NCBI GenBank assembly: GCA_965206595.1
Contig: OZ242214.1
Span: 6,304,001 to 6,368,000 of the forward strand
DNA length: 64,000 bases
Reading direction: 5' to 3'
From: Candidatus Latescibacterota bacterium
GTDB taxonomy: Bacteria > Latescibacterota > UBA2968 > UBA8231
The notes under the pieces were generated by a model. The model worked only from the letters and a program-made list of their open reading frames with translations, ran no database searches and had not been told where the DNA came from. Below, in pieces: positions 60,189 to 64,000 of this stretch (its first letter is position 1; every line of letters begins with the position of its first letter). Position numbers and translations under genes: made by a program.

Positions 60189-61544
60189 ATGCGCCCGCTT
60201 CCCGGGTCCTTCCGGGCGCTGGCCCTCTGCCTGGCGCTGGCCGGCTGCGGCGGCGAGCCGCCCCCCTCTCCCGGGGAGGTCTCGACCTGGGAGATCATCC
60301 GCGACGACATCCTCGCGGCCAACTGCGCCGGCTGCCACGCCGCGGGCACTTCCTTCGCCCGCCAGTCCGGCCTCGTGCTGACGCAGGACGTCGCCTGGGA
60401 GCAGCTCTTCAACAGGGTCCCCAACAACGAGGCAGCCGCAGGCGACAACCTCCTGCTGGTCAGCGACCAGGGCCTCGCCGGTCTCTACCGGAGCTTTCTC
60501 TGGGAGAAGATCAACGCCCCCAACGAGGCCCACTTCTACGCCGACCACCCGTTCTACGGCGCCCTGATGCCGCCCGGCGGGAAGCCTCTGACCAACGGCG
60601 AGATCGAGTTCATCCGCCGCTGGATCGTCGCCGGGGCCCCGAGGGAGGGGGTGGTCGCCGATCCCGCCCTGCTCGAGGACGAGGAGCGCTGGGAGCCGCT
60701 GCCGTTCGCGCCGCTGCCGCCGCCGGTACAAGGCATCCAGCTCCACCTGGGGCCGTTCGACGTCCCCACGGACTACGAGCGCGAGTTCTTCTCCTACGAG
60801 CCGCTCGACAACGCCGAGGACATCTACATCAGCCGCATCGAGATCGCCGCCAGCGACGGCAGCCACCATTTCGCCCTTTACACCTTGCGGGAGAACATCC
60901 TCCCCGAGGCCTTCCCGGAGCCCTTCGTGTTTCGCGACGTCCGCGACCGCGGCGGCTACATCCCCCTGAACATGGTGACCATGCTCTACCACGTGCCGGT
61001 CGCCATCAGCCAGTGGCCCCGCGTCGATCTGCATTTCCCCCCGGGAGCGGCGCTGCGCCTGCCCGCGGGGGAGGGACTCGACCTCGACAGTCACTACACG
61101 GCAAGCAGCCTCGAGGGGGCCAAGGGGGAGATCTACATCAACCTGCACACCCTGGATCCCGCCGACGTCGAGAGGAAGGTCGGGATCTTCTCGCTCAGCA
61201 ACAGCGACATCCGGCTGCCCCCGAAGCAGGTCACGACCCTGACCGACGAACGGATCTTCGAGGAGCGCCGCCTCGTCTTCCAGATGTTCTCCCACGCCCA
61301 CGAGCACATGGTGGAGTTCCGCGCCGAGATGATCGGGGGGCGGCGCGACGGCGAGCTCGTCTACGTCTCCTACGACTGGGAGCACCCGCCGATCCTGCGG
61401 CTCGACACGCCGCTGGTGATCGAGGCGGGGCAGGGGCTGAGGCTCTCGGCGACCTACGACAACTGGACGGACCGCGAGCTGGGGTACGGCCTGCTGAGCG
61501 AAGACGAGATGATGATCTTCTACGGCTACTACCTGAAAGACTGA
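60189..61544 (+). CDS. Lipoprotein: c-type cytochrome domain fused to a copper type II (PHM/DBH-like) monooxygenase domain
   Basis: Lipobox LAGC, CAGCH...MPP...IRRWI..GA, then SHH, DSHY, SHAH and DEM motifs. Confidence 0.75.
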   Translation: MRPLPGSFRALALCLALAGCGGEPPPSPGEVSTWEIIRDDILAANCAGCHAAGTSFARQSGLVLTQDVAWEQLFNRVPNNEAAAGDNLLLVSDQGLAGLYRSFLWEKINAPNEAHFYADHPFYGALMPPGGKPLTNGEIEFIRRWIVAGAPREGVVADPALLEDEERWEPLPFAPLPPPVQGIQLHLGPFDVPTDYEREFFSYEPLDNAEDIYISRIEIAASDGSHHFALYTLRENILPEAFPEPFVFRDVRDRGGYIPLNMVTMLYHVPVAISQWPRVDLHFPPGAALRLPAGEGLDLDSHYTASSLEGAKGEIYINLHTLDPADVERKVGIFSLSNSDIRLPPKQVTTLTDERIFEERRLVFQMFSHAHEHMVEFRAEMIGGRRDGELVYVSYDWEHPPILRLDTPLVIEAGQGLRLSATYDNWTDRELGYGLLSEDEMMIFYGYYLKD

Positions 61545-61813
61545 TCCCGAGGCGTTGAGCCCCCACCTGGAGCCTTGCACCAGCAGCATGCCGTAGAGGC
61601 CGCCGCCGGCGGCGATCAGGGGACATCGCCATGCCAACGGCAAAGCCCTTGTACGTGAAAGGGGAAACCACTGCCCAGGCTCGTTTTTTGACCCTGCTTT
61701 CCGGGAGTGGCAGATTGGCCTCGAAATATTCCGAGGATCGGCAAATGGGAAAAACTGGCTTGCGTATCCGCGACCTGGCACAGCCTGTCAACGGGCGGCC
61801 ATGGTCTTTGGCG

Positions 61814-62843
61814 ATGAACCGCTCCGTCCCGGCAGCCTGCTTTTGGCTGGCGCTTGTGTGTCTTCCGGCCACCCCGGCATCGGCCGCCGCTACGGCGAGC
61901 TTCGAATCGCAGCTTCTCACTCTCGGGCACGCCCGGCTGACCGCTCCGGAAATGGGCCGGTCCGACGACTTCCTGAAGGAGCTGGGCGTCCTGACGGGCT
62001 TCGAAGTCGCGGAGGTGAGGAGCAACCTGCTGGCGCTGACCGACAGTCTCGAGGTGCGGCGCAAGGGGAAAACCGCGGACTGGGAAGCGCTGCTTGCCTT
62101 GCGGCCGGAAGGGGTGGAGAAAAGGGAGGCGGAGGATTTCCTCAAGCACCTTCTAAAGGAGTCGCGCAAGCTCGTGAAGGAGGAGGAGGAGAGCAGATCG
62201 CTGGGTGCCGCCATTAAAAAGGCGGGCCGCAGGGCGCAGCTCTCCTACGACGGGCAGGCGCTGCTGCTGGACCTCATCGGCGAACCGTCGCGCCGTTCCG
62301 CCCCGGGTCAGGCCGCCGACCGCAAGGTGGGGATTCTGGTCGACGCCAGGCCGGTTCCTCCTGCGGAAGGACAGCCCCCGCGAGGGCCGGCTGGAGGCCA
62401 TGCGGGCGCGCCTTCTCGAACCGGACAACAACTATTACATGTTCTTCGGAGTCGGCACGCCGCAGGAGGTCCTCGACAAGTCGGATGAGCTGTTCGCCGC
62501 GGTGAAGGGCGCCCTGATGGAAGCGCTTCCCAGGTCGGGGAAGGTGAAGTGGGCGGTCGCCACTGCCGGCAACCGCCTGCAGCCCGACTACCGCCTCGAG
62601 GTCCCTTACAGGTACGACCTTTCCAATCCGGAACAGACGCGGGTCCAAGAGTGGATGATCAACTTTGACATTACCGCGCTGGGGTTGATCGATGTCGAGA
62701 CCGACAGCAGGGTGTTCCACGAGGGAGGGTACGGGGTCCAGCTGCCCATCCGGCCCGGTGAGGAGGGGAATATCGAGCGGGCCGCGGCCGGCTTGGCCGA
62801 GCGCCTGGCCAAGGCCGTGGACGGCTATCTGGAAAACCGTTGA
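61814..62843 (+). pseudogene. Secreted hypothetical protein with apparent frameshift near 62345
   Basis: Signal peptide at 61814. Protein-like sequence switches frame at ILVDA|GRFLLRKDSP. Confidence 0.5.
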
Positions 62844-63153
62844 AGGCCCTCCGGCCCCATGCACGGGGGTGCGGCAGATGCGCAGGTGAGGAGCAGCAGC
62901 TCGGCAGGCGTTCCTTGTTTCGCAGGGCGGTTTTTAGGAGCCCCTTCGTTTTTCGCGCTATCTTTAGCAACAGCAAGGTGGTCGTCCCGTCCCCGGTCTG
63001 CAGGCTGTTTCCCGGTTGCCGTGCAGGGGTGACGGGATCCACGGGTCACCGTCAAGTGAACGACCGGGAACTATTCGGGGAGAAGATCGGATGAAGTCCT
63101 CGTCGAGAGCTTCGCGAACGAACCGGAGCCGGTTGCGGCTGCCAGGAACGGCC

Positions 63154-64000
63154 ATGCCCGTCGCTCTGGGGGCCCTGCTCGCCGCGGCCCTCTGCGGCGA
63201 CCTGTCGGCGCTGACCATCTACCGCTTCGGCGGCGAGGAACTGCCGGCCCCGGAGGAAGCCGGGCTCGACGGCGTCGAGTTCATCCAGCGAAGCTGGCTC
63301 GATCCGGTGGACGCCGCCGCCGGGGGCGAGGTCTTCCAGGTCGATCTCAGCGACGGCACGATCCGGGCCCAGTACTACGGCGTCGACGACAACATCGCGC
63401 TGACCGCCGCGGCCAGGGGGGAGGGGGTTCGCGAGTCGACGCGGAAGGAAGAGCAGGAAGCCGCGGTCGACGGGAACCTGGCAACGGGGTGGTACCCCGA
63501 GCAGTACCTGTGCGCCAGTTTCGATGCCCGCCAGGTCGCCAGCGGCCGCTGCACCGGCGACTACAAGGGGATCGACCGCTGGACCTTCGGGCTGGGGGGA
63601 TTCTTCTACGTCGAAAGGATCAGGATCATCTCCGGTCTCGGGGAGGAAGCGGCGATCATGACCAACTTCCGGGTCCTGGCCGCCTCGGGCCGGGTCGCCA
63701 GCTCGTCCTACGGCATCGCCTCGACGCGGCAGGTCTTCAACGAGATTGCGGAGATCCGCGGCAACCGCAGCGAGTTCCTCGACATCGAGTTTCCGCCCCA
63801 CGACCGGGTCGATTTCATCGGCATCCAGGCTGCCGAGCACAACAGGGAGTGGGCGGTCTACGAGATCGAGGTGTACGCCCGCGGCTACGTCGAGGAGTCC
63901 TCCTTCGTCTCCGAGGTGATCGAGTTCGAGCGGCCGATGGCCTGGGGCGACCTGAAGTGGTCGGGCAGCGAGGACCCCGGCGCGGAGGTGCGCATTCACA
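63154..64000 (+). CDS. Secreted protein with discoidin/F5-8-like domain, partial (runs off window end)
   Basis: Open frame absent from the ORF track: MPVALGALLAAAL...AVDGNLATGW...EIEVYARGY...WGDLKWSG. Alternative start at 63091. Confidence 0.75.
   Translation, partial: MPVALGALLAAALCGDLSALTIYRFGGEELPAPEEAGLDGVEFIQRSWLDPVDAAAGGEVFQVDLSDGTIRAQYYGVDDNIALTAAARGEGVRESTRKEEQEAAVDGNLATGWYPEQYLCASFDARQVASGRCTGDYKGIDRWTFGLGGFFYVERIRIISGLGEEAAIMTNFRVLAASGRVASSSYGIASTRQVFNEIAEIRGNRSEFLDIEFPPHDRVDFIGIQAAEHNREWAVYEIEVYARGYVEESSFVSEVIEFERPMAWGDLKWSGSEDPGAEVRIH

Overview
High-GC bacterial chromosome segment. The gene content (FlgD-Ig/dockerin-tailed secreted proteins, LRR and PD40 repeats, several PhyH dioxygenases, sugar-acid enzymes) suggests a Latescibacterota/Gemmatimonadota-like host-associated lineage, which is an inference. 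The first ~13.4 kb is a decayed mobile region: two direct IS91/ISCR-like ends, an ISCR transposase whose catalytic middle is replaced by AT-richer cargo, an intact-looking IS1380 inside a reconstructable gene, a CTAG-flanked MITE, an IS630 and several pseudogenes. The middle is mostly metabolic and envelope genes (selO, UxuA-family dehydratase, MFS, M16 and M81 peptidases, msrP, hydrolases). The best candidate for an undescribed system is an AT-richer island at ~49.1-57.1 kb. It holds an orphan MAD3/MAD4-like ATPase pair converging on a four-gene membrane operon: TM/coiled-coil protein, vWA-like protein, MotA/ZorA-like protein with a long tail, and MotB-like protein with Glu at the plug-Asp position and no OmpA domain. 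Other highlights are a 23-bp iteron-like array over the start of an AAA_14/DUF4143 gene, a cytochrome c-fused PHM-like copper monooxygenase lipoprotein, and PhyH proteins with HxG instead of HxD. No rRNA, tRNA or CRISPR array was seen. All family calls come from motif recognition by eye, with no database search.
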